Positions 26,339 to 41,300 of a DNA stretch of 64,000 nt are shown one piece after another (position 1 is the stretch's first letter; every line of letters starts with the position of its first letter). The DNA comes from Eledone cirrhosa (Eukaryota). A model generated the notes under the pieces. It worked only from the letters and a program-made list of their open reading frames with translations, was not told the DNA's origin and did no database searches. The stretch lies in contig OZ024744.1 in NCBI GenBank assembly GCA_964016885.1, positions 48,980,001-49,044,000 on the forward strand, written 5' to 3'. Position numbers and translations under genes: made by a program.

Positions 26339-29300
26339 AATGTCAACAACGACTAGTTCCTCAATGTCAACAAGAACTAGTTCCTCAATATCAACAAGAA
26401 CAAGGTCCTCAATGTCAACAAGAACTAGGTCCTCAATGTCAACAAGAAATAGTTCCTAACTGTAAACAAGAACCAGCTCCTCAATGTCAACAAGAACCAG
26501 TTCCTCAATGTCAGCAAGAAATAGTTCCTCAATGTCAACAAGAACCAATTCCTCAATGTCAACAAGAACCAGTTCCTCAATGTCAAAAAGAACCAGTTCC
26601 TTAATATCAACAAGAACCAGTTCCGCAATGTCAACAAGAACTAGTTCCTCAATGTCAACAAGAATAATTCCTCAATGTCAACAAGAACCAGTTCCATAAT
26701 GTCAACAAGAACCAGTGCCTCGATGTCAACAAGAACCAGTTCATCAATGTCAACAAGAACCAGTTCCTCAATCTCAACAAGAAGTGGGCCCTAAATGTCA
26801 ACAAGAACCAGTTCCTCAACGTTTACAAGAACTAGTTCCTCAATGTCAACAGAAACTAGTTCCTCAATGTCAAAAAGAACCAGTTCCTCAATGTCAGCAA
26901 GAACCAGTTTCTCAATGTCAATGAAAACCAGATCCTTAATATCAACAAGAACCAGTTCCGCAATGTCAACAAGAGCTAGTTCCTCAATGTCAACAAGAAC
27001 CACTTCCTGAATGTCAACAAGAACCAGTTCCACAATGTCAACAAGAACCAGTGCCTCAATATCAACAAGAACCAGTTCATCTATGTCAACAAGAACCAGT
27101 TACTCAATGTCAACAAGAACTGGGCCCTAAATGTCAACAAGAACTAGTTCCTCAATGTCAACAATAACAAGTTCCTCAAGGTCACCAATAATAAGTTCCT
27201 CAATGTCAACAAGAACCAGTTCTTCAATGTCAACAAGAACCAGTTTCTCAATGTCAACAACAACCAGTTCCACAATGTCAAATATAACTACTTCCTCAAT
27301 CTCAACAATAACTAGTTCCTCAATGTCAACAAGAACAAGTTTCTCAATGTCAACAATAACCAGTTCCTCAATGTCAACAAGAACCATTTCCTAAATCTCA
27401 ACAATAACTAGTTCCTCAATGTCAACAAGAACAAGTGCCTCAATATCAACAAGAAACAATTCTTCAATGTCAACAAGAAACGGTTCCTCAAGGTCAACAA
27501 AAACTAGTTCCTCAATGTCAACAAGAATCAGTTCTTCAATGTCAACAAGAACAAGTTCCTCAATATCAGCAAGAACCAGTTTCTCAATGTTAACAAGAAC
27601 CAGTGCCTTAATGTCAACAAGAACTAGTACTCAATGTCAACAACAACTAGATCCTCAAGGTAAAGAAAATCCAGTTCCTCAATATCAACAAGACCCAGTT
27701 CCTTAATGTCAACAAGAACCAGTGCCTCAATGTCAACATGTTCCTCAATGTCAACAACAAATAGTTCCGCAATGTCAACAACAACTAGTTCCTCAAAGTC
27801 AACAAGAACCAGTTCCTGAATATCAACAAGAACAAGGTCCTCAATGTCAACAAGAACTAGTTCCTCAATGTCAATAAGATCCAGTTCCTCAATGTCAACA
27901 AGAACCAGTTCCTCAGTGTCAACAATAACTAGTTCCTCAATCTCAACAACAACTAGATCCTCAATGTCACCAACAAATAGTTCCTCAATGTCAACAACAA
28001 CACGTTCATCAATCTCAACAAGAACCAGTTTCTCAATGTCAACAAGCTCCTCAATGTCATCAAGAGCTAGGTCCTCAATGTCAACAAGAACTGGATCCTC
28101 AATGTCAACAAGAACCAGTTCCTCAACGTCAACAAGAACTAGTTCCTCAATGTCAACAGAAACTAGTTCCTCAATGTCAACAAGAACCAGTTCTTCAATG
28201 TCAACAAGAACTAGACCTTCAATGTCAACGGGAACCATTTCCTAAATCTCAACAATAACTAGTTCCTCAATGTCAACGAGAAAAAGTGCCGCGATGTCAA
28301 CAAGAAACAATTCTTCAATGTCAACAAGAAACAGTTCTTCAAGGTCAACAAAAACTAGTTCCTCAATGTCCACAAGAACAAGTTCCTCAATGTCAGCTAG
28401 AACCAGTTTCTCAATGTTAACAAAGAACCAGGTCCTTAATGCCAACAAGAACTAGGTCCTCAATATCAACAAGAACTAGGTTCTCAATGTCAACAAGAAC
28501 CACTTCCTCAATGTCAACCAGAACCAGATCATCAATGTCAACAAGAAGCAGTTATTCAATATCCACAAGAACTAGGTCCTTAATGTCAACTAGAACAAAT
28601 TCCTCAATGTCAACAGCAACTAGATCCCCAAGGTAAACAAAATCCAGTTCCTCAATATCAACAAGACCCAGTTCCTCAATGTCAACAAGAACCAGTGCCT
28701 CAATGTCAACATGTTCCTCAATGTCAACAAGAACTTGTTCCGCAAATGTCAACAAGAACAAGTTCTTGAATGTCAACAAATTCCACAATATCAGCAGGAA
28801 CCAGTTCCTCAATGTCAACAATAATCAGTTTCTCAATGACGACAAGAACCAGTTTCTCAATGTCAACAACACTCAGTTCCTCAATGTCAACAATAACTAC
28901 TTCCTCAATCTCAACAACAACTAGGTCCTCAATGTCACCAAAACTTGTTCCTCAATAACAACAAGAACAAGTTCCTTAATGTCAACAATAACAAGTTTCT
29001 CAATGTCAACAACAACCAGTTCCTCAATGTCATCAATAACTAGTTCCTCAATGTCAACAAGTTGCCCGATGGCAACATGTTCCTCAATGTCAACAAGTTC
29101 CTTAATATCACCAAGTTCCTCAATGTCAACAATAACTAGGTCCCCATTGTCATCTAAAACCAGTTCCTCAATGTAAACAAAAACCAGTTCCTCAATGTCA
29201 ACAAGAACCAGTTCCTCAATGTCAAGAAAACTAGTTCCTTAATTTCGACAAGAACCAGTTCCTCAATATCAACAGGAACCAGCTTCTCAATGTCAACAAC

Positions 29301-32300
29301 AACTGGTTCCTCAATATCAACAACAACTAGTTCCTCAATGTCAACAAGAACTAGTTCCTCAATGTCCACAAAAACCAGAACCTTTAATGTCAATAATTAC
29401 CAGTTCCTCAACGTCAACATGTTCCTCAATGTCAACAAGAAGCAGTTCCTCAATGTCAACAAGAATTAGGTCCTCAATACCCACAGGAACCAGTTCCTCA
29501 ATGTCAAGAAGGACTTCGTCATTATGCCAACAAGAACCAGTTCGTGAATGTCAACAAAAACCAGTTCCTCAATGTCATAAAGGACCAGTTCATTAATGTC
29601 AACAAGAATAAGGTCCTCAATGTTAACAAGAATCAGTTCCTCGATATCAACAACAAATAATTCCTCAATGTCAAAAACAACTAGTTCCTCAATGTCAACA
29701 AGAACCAGTTCCTCAACGTCAACAAGAATTAGGTCCTATATATCAACAAGAACGAGATCCTCAATGTCAACAAGAAACAGTTTCTCAATGTCAACAATAA
29801 CAGGTTCCACAATGTCAACAAGAACTAATTCTTCAAAGTCAACAAGAACCTGTTTCTCAAGGGCAACAAGTTGCCCAATGTCAACAAGTTCCTCAATGTC
29901 AACAAGAACCAGGTACTCAATGTCAACAAGAACCAGTTCCTCAATGTCAACAAAAACCAGTTCCTCAATGTCAACAAGAATCAGCTCCTCAATTTCAACA
30001 AGAACTTGTTCCGCAATGTCAACAAGATCCAGTCCCTCAATGTCAACAATAACCAGTTTCTCAATGTCAGCAAGATCCTCAGTTTCAACAAGAGATAGGT
30101 CCTCAATATCAACAAGAAATAGGGCGCCAATGTCAACAAGAACCAGTTCCTCAATGTCAACAACAAATCGTTCCTCAATGTCAACAAGAACCAGTTCCTC
30201 AGTTTCAACAAGAACTTGTTCCGCAATGTCAACAAGATCCAGTCCCTCAATGTCAACAATAACCAGTTTCTCAATGTCAGCAAGAACAAATTCTTTAATG
30301 TCAACAAGTACCAATTCCTCAATGTCTACAACAACTACATCCTCAATGTCAAGAAGAACTATTTCCGCAATATCAACAAGAACCAGTTTCTCAATGTCAA
30401 CAATATCTAGATCCTCCAAGTCAACAATCACAACAACAAGTAAGGCCTCAATGTCACCGAGAACCAATTCCTCAATGTCAACAAGAACAAGTTTGTCAAT
30501 GTCAACAAGAACCAGTTACTCAACATCAACCAGAACTAGGTACTCAATGTCAACAAGAACCAGTCCCTCAATGTCAACAATAACTAGTTCCTCAATGTCA
30601 ACAGGAACCATTTCTTCAATGTAACAATAACTAGATACTCAATGGCAACAAGAACCAATCTTTCAATGTCAGCAAGAACTAGTTCCTCAATGACAACAAG
30701 AACAAGTTCTTCAATGTCAATAAGAACCAGTTCCTAAATGTCAACAATAACTAGGTCCTCAATGTCAACAAAAACCAGTTCCTAAATGTCAACAAGGAAC
30801 AGTTCTTGAATGTCATCAAGAACCAGATCCTCAATGTCAAAAAGAAGCAGTTCTTCAATGTCAACAAGAACTAGGTCCTTAATGTCAGCAAGAACCAGTT
30901 GCTCAATGACAACAAGAACCAGTTCCTCAATGTCAACAAGAATTAGGTCAACAATGTCAACAAGAACCAGTTCCTCGATATCAACAAGAACAATTCCTCA
31001 ATGTCAACAACAACTAGTTCCTCAAAATCACCAAGATCCAGTTCCTAATGTCAACAACAATCAGTTCCTCAATGTCAACAATAACTAGTTCCTAAATATC
31101 AACAATTTCTTCAATGTAAATGAGAACAAGTTCCTCAATGTCAAAAGGAACCAGTTTCTCAGATGCAACAAGGTCCTCTATGTCAACAAGCACCAGTTCC
31201 TCAATGTCAATAATAACTAGTTCCTCAATGTCAACAAGAAACGGTTCCTCATGTTCAACAATTTGCCCAATGTCAACATGTTCCTCAATGTCAACAAGTT
31301 CCTTAATATCACCAAGTTCCTCAATGTCAACAATAAATAGTTCCCCATTGTCATCAAAAACCAGTTCCCCAATGTCAATAAAAACCAGTTCCTCAATGTC
31401 AAAAAGTTCCTCAAAGTGACCAAGATCAAGATCCTCAATGTCAACAACCAGTTCCCAATGTCAACAAAAACCATTTCCTCAATGTCAACAAGAACCAATT
31501 CCACAATGTCAACAAGAACTAGGTCCTCAATGTCAACAAGAACCAGTTCCTCAATGTCAACAAGAACCGGTTACTCAATGTCACCAAGGACCAGTTCATT
31601 AATGTCAATTAGAATTAGATCCTCATTGTCAACAAGAACAAGTTCCTCAATGTCAGCGAGAACTAGTTATTCAATGTCAACAAGAACCAGTTGCTCAATG
31701 ACAACTAGTTCCTCAATGTCACTAATAACTAGTTCCCCATTGTCATCAAGAACCAGTTCCTCAATGTCAACAAGAAACTGTTCCTCAATATCAACAATAA
31801 CTAATTCTTCAATGTCAACAAGAACAAGTTCCTCAATGTCACTAATAACTAGTTCCCCATTGTCATCAAGAAACAGTTCCTCAATGTCAACAAGAAACAG
31901 TTCCTCAATATCAACGAGAACCAGGTCCTCAATGTCAACAAGAACCAGTTGCTCAATGTCAAGAAAAACCAGTTTCTCAATGTAAATAAGAACTAGCAAC
32001 TCAATGTCAAGAAAACTAGTTCCTTAGTTTCGACAAGAACCAGTTCCTCAATATCAACAGGAACCAGCTTCTCAATGTCAAAAAACAACTTGTTCCTCAA
32101 TGTCAACAACAACTAGTTCCTCAATGTCAACCAGAACTAGTTCCTCAATGTCCACAAAAACCAGAACCTTTAATGTCAATAATTACCAGTTCCTCAACGT
32201 CAACATGTTCCTCAATGTCAACAAGAAGCAGTTCCTCAATGTCAACAAGAACTAGGTCCTCAATATACACAGGAACCAGTTCCTCAATGTCAAGAAGGAC

Positions 32301-35300
32301 TCCGTCATTATGCCAACAAACACCAGTTCGTGAATGTCAACAAAAACCAGTTCCTCAATGTCATAAGGGACCAGTTCATTAATGTCAACAAGAATAAAGT
32401 CCTCAATGTCAACAAGAATCAGTTCCACAATGTCAACAAGAATCAGTTCCTGGTTATCAACAACAAATAATTCCTCAATGTCAAAAACAACTAGTTCCTC
32501 AATGTCAACAAGAACCAGTTCCTCAACGTCAACAAAAATTAGGTCCTATATATCAACAAGAACGAGATCCTCAATGTCAACAAGAAACAGTTTCTCAATG
32601 TCAACAATAACAAGTTCCACAATGTCGACATGAACTAATTCTTCAAAGTCAACAAGAACCAGTTTCTCAAGGGCAACAAGTTGCCCAATGTCAACAAGTT
32701 CCTCAATGTCAACAAGAACCAGGTACTCAATGTCAACAAGAACCAGTTCCTCATTGTCACCAAAAACCAGTTCCTCAATGTCAACAAGAATCAGTTCCTC
32801 ATTTTCAACAAGAACTTGTTCCTCAATTTCAACAAGAACTTGTTCCGCAATGTCAACAAGATCCAGTCCCTCAATGTCAACAATAACCAGTTTCTTAATG
32901 TCAACAAGATCCTCAGTTTCAACAAGAGATAGGTCCTCAATATCAACAAGAAATAGGTCGCCAATGTCAACAAGAACCAGTTCCTCAATGTCAACAAGAA
33001 ATCGTTACTCAATGTCAACAAGAACCAGTTCCTTAATATCAACAAAAACCAGTTCGTCAATGTCAACAAGAACCAGTTCCTCAGTTTCAACAAGAACTTG
33101 TTCTGCAATATCAACAAGATCCAGTCCCTCAATGTCAACAATAACCAGTTTCTCAATGTCAGCAAGAACAAGTTCTTTAATGTCAACAAGTACCAATTCC
33201 TCAATGTTAACAAGAACTACATCCTCAATGTCATGAAGAACTATTTCCGCAATATCAACAAGAGCCAGTTTCTCAATGTCAACAATAACCAGATCCTCCA
33301 AGTCAACAATCACAACAACAAGTAAGGCCTCAATGTCACCGAGAACCAGTTCCTCAATGTCAACAAGAACAAGTTCCTCAACATCAACCAGAACTAGGTA
33401 CTCAATGTCAACAAGAACCAGTTCCTCAATGTCAACAAGAACCAGTTGCTCAATGTCAAGAAAAACCAGTTTCTCAATGTAAATAAGAACTAGCAACTCA
33501 ATGTCAAGAAAACTAGTTCCTTAGTTTCGACAAGAACCAGTTCCTCAATATCAACAGGAACCAGCTTCTCAATGTCAACAACAACTAGTTCCTCAATGTC
33601 AACAACAACTAGTTCCTCAATGTCAACCAGAACTAGTTCCTCAATGTCCACAAAAACCAGAACCTTTAATGTCAATAATTACCAGTTCCTCAACGTCAAC
33701 ATGTTCCTCAATGTCAACAAGAAGCAGTTCCTCAATGTCAACAAGAACTAGGTCCTCAATATACACAGGAACCAGTTCCTCAATGTCAAGAAGGACTCCG
33801 TCATTATGCCAACAAACACCAGTTCGTGAATGTCAACAAAAACCAGTTCCTCAATGTCATAAGGGACCAGTTCATTAATGTCAACAAGAATAAAGTCCTC
33901 AATGTCAACAAGAATCAGTTCCACAATGTCAACAAGAATCAGTTCCTGGTTATCAACAACAAATAATTCCTCAATGTCAAAAACAACTAGTTCCTCAATG
34001 TCAACAAGAACCAGTTCCTCAACGTCAACAAAAATTAGGTCCTATATATCAACAAGAACGAGATCCTCAATGTCAACAAGAAACAGTTTCTCAATGTCAA
34101 CAATAACAAGTTCCACAATGTCGACATGAACTAATTCTTCAAAGTCAACAAGAACCAGTTTCTCAAGGGCAACAAGTTGCCCAATGTCAACAAGTTCCTC
34201 AATGTCAACAAGAACCAGGTACTCAATGTCAACAAGAACCAGTTCCTCAATGTCACCAAAAACCAGTTCCTCAATGTCAACAAGAATCAGTTCCTCATTT
34301 TCAACAAGAACTTGTTCCTCAATTTCAACAAGAACTTGTTCCGCAATGTCAACAAGATCCAGTCCCTCAATGTCAACAATAACCAGTTTCTTAATGTCAA
34401 CAAGATCCTCAGTTTCAACAAGAGATAGGTCCTCAATATCAACAAGAAATAGGTCGCCAATGTCAACAAGAACCAGTTCCTCAATGTCAACAAGAAATCG
34501 TTACTCAATGTCAACAAGAACCAGTTCCTTAATATCAACAAAAACCAGTTCGTCAATGTCAACAAGAACCAGTTCCTCAGTTTCAACAAGAACTTGTTCT
34601 GCAATATCAACAAGATCCAGTCCCTCAATGTCAACAATAACCAGTTTCTCAATGTCAGCAAGAACAAGTTCTTTAATGTCAACAAGTACCAATTCCTCAA
34701 TGTTAACAAGAACTACATCCTCAATGTCATGAAGAACTATTTCCGCAATATCAACAAGAGCCAGTTTCTCAATGTCAACAATAACCAGATCCTCCAAGTC
34801 AACAATCACAACAACAAGTAAGGCCTCAATGTCACCGAGAACCAGTTCCTCAATGTCAACAAGAACAAGTTCCTCAACATCAACCAGAACTAGGTACTCA
34901 ATGTCAACAAGAACCAGTTCCTCAATGTCAACAATAACTAGTTCTTCAATGTCAATAAGAACCAGTTCCTAAATGTCAACAAGAACAATTCCTCAATGTC
35001 AACAACAACTAGTTCCTCAAAATCACCAAGATCCAGTTCTTCAATATCAACAACCAGTTCCTAATGTCAACAAGAATCAGTTCCTCAATGTCAACAATAA
35101 CTAGTTCCTAAATATCAACAATTTCTTCAATGTAAACGAGAACAAGTTCCTCAATGTCAAAAGGAACCAGTTTCTCAGATTCAACAAGGTCCTCTATGTC
35201 AATAATAACTAGTTCCTCAATGTCAACAAGAACCGGTTCCTCAAGTTCAACAAGTTGCCCAATGTCAACATGTTCCTCAATGTCAACAAGTTCCTTAATA

Positions 35301-38300
35301 TCACCAAGTTCCTCAATGTCAACAATAACTAGTTCCCCATTGTCAGCAAAAACCAGTTCCTCAATGTCAACAAAAAACCAGTTCCTCAATGTCATAAAGG
35401 ACCAGTTAATTAATGTCAACAAGAATAAGGTCCTCAATGTCAACAAGAACCAATTCCTCAATGTCAACAAGAATTAAGTCCTCTATGTCAACAAGAACTA
35501 GGCACTCAATGTCAACAAGAACCAGTTTCTCAATGTCAACAATAACTTGTTACTCAATGTCAGCAAGAACAAGTTCTTTAATGTCAAAAAGAACCAGTTC
35601 CTCAATGTCAAAAAGTCCCTCAAAGTGACCAAGATCCAGTTCCTTAATATCAACAACCAGTTCCCAATGTCAACAAGAACTATTTCCTCAATGTCAACAA
35701 GAACCAATTACACAATGTCAACAAGAACTAGGTCCTCAATGTCAACAAGAACCAGTTCCTCAATGTCAACAAGAACCAGTTACTCAATGTCACAAAGGAC
35801 CAGTTCATTAATGTCAATTATAATTAGGTCCTCATTGTCAACAAAAATCAGTTCCTCAATATCAACAATAACTAATTCTTCAATGTCAACAAGAACAAGT
35901 TCCTCAATGAGAATTAGAACCAGTTTCTCAATGTGAAGAAGGTCCTTAATGTCAACAAGAATTAGGTCCTATATGTCAACAAGAACGAGTTCCTCAATGT
36001 CAACAAGAACCAGTTTCTCAATGTCAACAATAACAAGTTCCTCAATGCCAACGAGAACTAAATCTTCAATGTCAACAATACCAGTTTCTCAAGGGCAACA
36101 AGTTTCCCAATGTCAACAAGTTCCTCAATGTCAACAATAACCAGTTACTCAACGTCAACAAGAACCAGGTACTCAATGTCAACAAGAATCAGTTTCTCAA
36201 GGGCAACAAGTTGCCCAATGTCAACAAGTTGCTCGATGTCAACAAGAACCAGGTACTCAATGTCAAGAAGAACCAATCCTCAATGTCAACAAGGACTAGT
36301 TCCTCAATGTACACAAGAACTAGTTCCTCAATGTCAACAAGAAATAGTTCATATTGTCAACAAGAAGCAACTCCTCAATGTCAACAACAACTAGCTCATT
36401 AAGGACAACAAGAACCAGTTCCTCAATATCAACAAGAACCAGATCCTCAATGTCAACAAGAACTAGGCACTCAATGTCAAAAAGAACCAGTTTCTCAATG
36501 TCAACAATAACTTGTTACTCAATGTCAGCAAGAACAAGTTCTTTAATGTCAAAAAGAACCAGTTCCTCAATGTCAACAAGAACCAGTTCCTCAATTTCAA
36601 CAAGAACTTGTTCCGCAATGTCAACAAGATCCAGTCCCTCAATGTCAACAATAACCAGTTTCTGAATGTCAACAATAACCAGATCCTCCAAGTCAACAAT
36701 CACAACAACAAGTAAGGCCTCAATGTCACCGAGAACCAGTTCCTCAATGTCAACAAGAACATGTTCCTCAACATCAACCAGAACTAGGTACTCAAAGTCA
36801 GCAAGAACCAGTTCCTCAATGTCAGCAATAACTAGTTCCTCAATGTCAACAGGAACCATTTCTTCAATGTCAACAATAACTAGTTCCTCAATGGCAACAA
36901 GAACCAATCTTTCAATGTCAGCAAGAACTAGTTCCTCAATGTCAACAAGAACAAGTTCTTCAATGTCAATAAGAACCAGTTCCTAAATGTCAACAAGAAC
37001 TAGCTCCTCAATGTCAACAAAAACCAGTTCCTCAATGTCAACAAGAAACAGTTCTTGAATGTCATCAAGAACCAGATCCTCAATGTCAACAAGAAGCAGT
37101 TCTTCAATGTCAACAAGAACTAGGTCCTTAATGTCAACAAGAACCAGTTGCTCAATGTCAACAAGAACCAGTTCCTCAATGTCAACAAGAACTAGGTCAA
37201 CAATGTCAACACGAACCAGTTCCTCGATATCACAAGAACAATTCCTCAATGTCAACAACAACTAGTTCCTCAAAATCACCAAGATCCAGTTCCTCAATAT
37301 CAACAACCAGTTCCTAATGTCAACAAGAATCAGTTCCTCAATGTCAACAATAACTAGTTCCTAAATATCAACAAGTTCTTCAATGTAAACGAGAACAAGT
37401 TCCTCAATGTCAAAAGGAACCAGTTTCTCAGATTCAACAAGGTCCTCTATGTCAATAATAACTAGTTCCTCAATGTCAACAAGAACCGGTTCCTCAAGTT
37501 CAACAAGTTGTCCAATGTCAACATGTTCCTCAATGTCAACAAGTTCCTTAATATCACCAAGTTCCTCAAAGTCAGCAATAACTAGTTCCCCATTGTCATC
37601 AAAAACCAGTTCCTCAATGTCAACAAAAACCAGTTCCTCAATGTCATAAAGGACCAGTTAATTAATGTCAACAAGAATAAGGTCCTCAATGTCAACAAGA
37701 ACCAGTTCCTCAATGTCAACTAAGAATTAGGTCCTCTATGTCAACAAGAACCAATTCCTCAATGTCAAAAAGTCCCTCAAAGTGACCAAGATACAGTTCC
37801 TCAATGTCAACAACCAGTTCCCAATGTCAACAAGAACCATTTCCTCAATGTCAACAAGAACCAATTCCACAATGTCAACAAGAACTAGGTCCTCAATGTC
37901 GACAAGAACCAGTTCCTCAATGTCAACAAGAACCAGTTACTCAATGTCACAAAGGACCAGTTCATTAATGTCAATTATAATTAGGTCCTCATTGTCAACA
38001 AAAATCAGTTCCTCAATATCAACAATAACTAATTCTTCAATGTCAACAAGAACAAGTTCCTCAATGAGAAATAGAACCAGTTTCTCAATGTGAAGAAGGT
38101 CCTTAATGTCAACAAGAATTAGGTCCTATATGTCAACAAGAACGAGTTCCTCAATGTCAACAAGAACCAGTTTCTCAATGTCAACAATAACAAGTTCCTC
38201 AATGTCAACGAGAACTAAATCTTCAATGTCAACAAGAACTAAATCTTCAATGTCAACAAGACCAGTTTCTCAAAGGCAACAAGTTCCCCAATGTCAACAA

Positions 38301-41300
38301 TAACCAGGTACTCAACGTCAGCAAGAACCAGGTACTCAATGTCAACAAGAATCAGTTTCTTAAGGCAACAAGTTGCCCAATGTCAACAAGTTGCTCGATA
38401 TCAACAAGAACCAGGTACTCAATGTCAAGAAGAACCAATCCTCAATGTCAACAAGGACTAGTTCCTCAATGTACACAAGAACTAGTTCCTCAATGTCAAC
38501 AAGAAATAGTTCATATTGTCAACAAGAAGCAACTCCTCAATGTCAACAACAACTAGCTCATCAAGGTCAACAAGAACCAGTTCGTCAATATCAACAAGAA
38601 CCAGATCCTCAATGTCAACAAGAACTAGGCACTCAATGTCAACAAGAACCAGTTTCTCAATGTCAACAATAACTTGTTACTCAATGTCAGCAAGAACAAG
38701 TTCTTTAATGTCAAAAAGAACCAGTTCCTCAATGTCAACAAGAACCAGTTCCTCAATGTCAACAATAAATAGTTCCTCAATATCAACAAGAACCAATTCC
38801 TCAATGTCACCAAGAACCAGTTCCTCAATGTCAACAAGAACAAGTTCCTCAATGTCATCAAGAACTAGGTCCTCAATGTCAACAAGAACCAGTTCCTTAA
38901 TTTCAACAAGAATCAGTTCCTGAATATCAACAAGAACCAAATCCTCAATGTCAACAATAAGCAGTTCATTCAATGTCAACAAGAACTAGGTCCTTAATGT
39001 CAGCAAGAATCAGTTGATCAATGTCAATAAGAACCAGTTCCTCAATCTCACAAAGGACCAGTTCCTCAATGTCAACAAGAATTAGCTCCTCAACATCAAC
39101 AATAACTAGTTCCTCAATGTCAACAAGAAAAAGTTCCACAATGTCAGCAAGAACTAATTCTTCAATGTCAACCAGAACCAGTTGCTCAAGTTCAACAACA
39201 ACTAGTTCCTGAATGTCAACAAGAACTAGGTCCTCAATGTCAACAAGAACCAGTTCCTCGATATCAACAACAAAATAGTTCCTCAATGTCAACAACAACT
39301 AGTTCCTCAATGTCAACACTAACTATTTCTACAATGTGAACAATAACTAGTTCCTCGATGTCAACAAGTACAAGTGTCTCAATCTCAACAAGAACCAGTT
39401 CTTCAAGGTCAACAAAAAGTTCCTCAATGTCAACGAGAACTAGGTTGTCAATGTCAACAAGAACCAGTTCCTCAATGTCAACAAGAACCAGTTCCTCAAT
39501 ATCAACCAGAACTAGTTCCTCAATGTCAACACTAATTAATTCCTCAATGTCAATGACTAGGTCCTCTATATCAACAAGAAACAATTCCTCAATGTCAAAA
39601 AGTTCTTCAAAGTTACCATCATTCAGTTCCTCAATGTCAACAACCAGTTCCTAATGTCAACAAGTACTAGGGCCTCAATGTGAACAAGAACCATTTCCTC
39701 AATGTCAACAAGAGCTAGGTCCTTAATTTCAACAATTTATTTCTCAATGTCAACAAGAACCAGTTCCTCAATGTCACAATGGACCAATTACTTAACGTCA
39801 ACTAGAATTAGGTCCTCGCTGTCAACAGGAACCAGTTCCTCAATGTCAACAATAACTAATTCTTCAATGTCAACAAGAACAAGTTCCTCAATGTCAAAAA
39901 GAACCAGTTTCTCAATGTGAACAAGGTCCTCAATGTCAACAAGAATTATCTCCTAAATGTCAACAAGAACTAGTTCCTCTATGTCAACAAGAACCAGTTC
40001 CTCAATGTCAACAATAACTATTTTGTCAATGTCAACAAGGACCAGGTCCTCAATGTCAACAAGTTCCTCAATTTCAACAATTACCCTGTCCTCAATATCA
40101 ACAAGAACCAGTTCCTCAATGTAAGCAAGAACTAGTTCATCAATGTCAATAAGAAGCAGTTCCTCAATGTCAACAAGAACTAGTTCCTCAATGTCAACAA
40201 GAACTAGTTCCTCAATGTCAACAACAACCAATTCCTCAATGTCTACATGAACCAGTATCTCAACGTCAACAAGAACTAGTCCCTCAATATTAACAAGAAC
40301 CAGTTCCTCAATGTCACCAACAACTAGTTCCTCAATGTCAACAAGAACCAGTTCCCCAATCTCAACAAGAACTTGTTCCTCAATATCAACAAGTTCGTCA
40401 AAATAAACAAGAACCAGTTCCTCAATGGCAACAAGAACCAATTCCTCAATATCAATAAGAACCAGTCACTCAATGTCAACAATAACTAGTTACACAATGT
40501 CAACAAGAATCAGTTCCTCAATGTCAAAAAAGACCAGTTCCTCAATGTCAACAAGTTCATCAATATCAACAAAAACTACGTCGCCAATGTAAACAAGAAC
40601 TGGTTCGTCAATATCAACATGAACTAGTTCCTCAATGTCAACAAGAACTAGTTCCTCAATGTCAACAAAAAACAGTTCTTCTATTTCAACAACAACCAGT
40701 TCCTCAATCTCAACAATAACTAGTTCCTCAATCTCAACAACAACTATGTACTTAATGTCAACAACAAATAGTTCCTCAAGGTCAACAAGAACAAGTTCCT
40801 CAATCTCAACTAAAACCATTTCCTCAATATCAACAAGAACTAGGTCCTCATTATCAACAGTAACTAGCTCCTAAATGTCAACGAGAACCAGTTCTTCAAT
40901 GTCAACAATAACTTGTTCCTCTATGTCAACAACAACCAGTTCCTCAATGTCAACAAAAACCAGTTCCTCAATGTCAACAAGAAATAGTTCCTCAATGTCA
41001 ACAAAAACTAGTTCCTCAATGTGAGCAAGAACTGATTCCTCAATGTCAACAAGGACAAGTTCCTCAGTGTCAACAAGAACAAGTTCCTCAATGTCAACAA
41101 GAACCTCTTCCTCAATGTCAACAGTAACTAGGTCCGCAATGTCAATAAAAACTAAGTGCTCAATGTCATCAACAACTAGTTCCTCAATGTCAACAAGAAC
41201 CAGTTCCTCAATGTCAACAATAACCAGTTCATCAATGTCAACAGGAGCCATTTCCTCAATGTCAATAAGTTCCTCAATGTCAAGAATAACTAGTTCCTCA

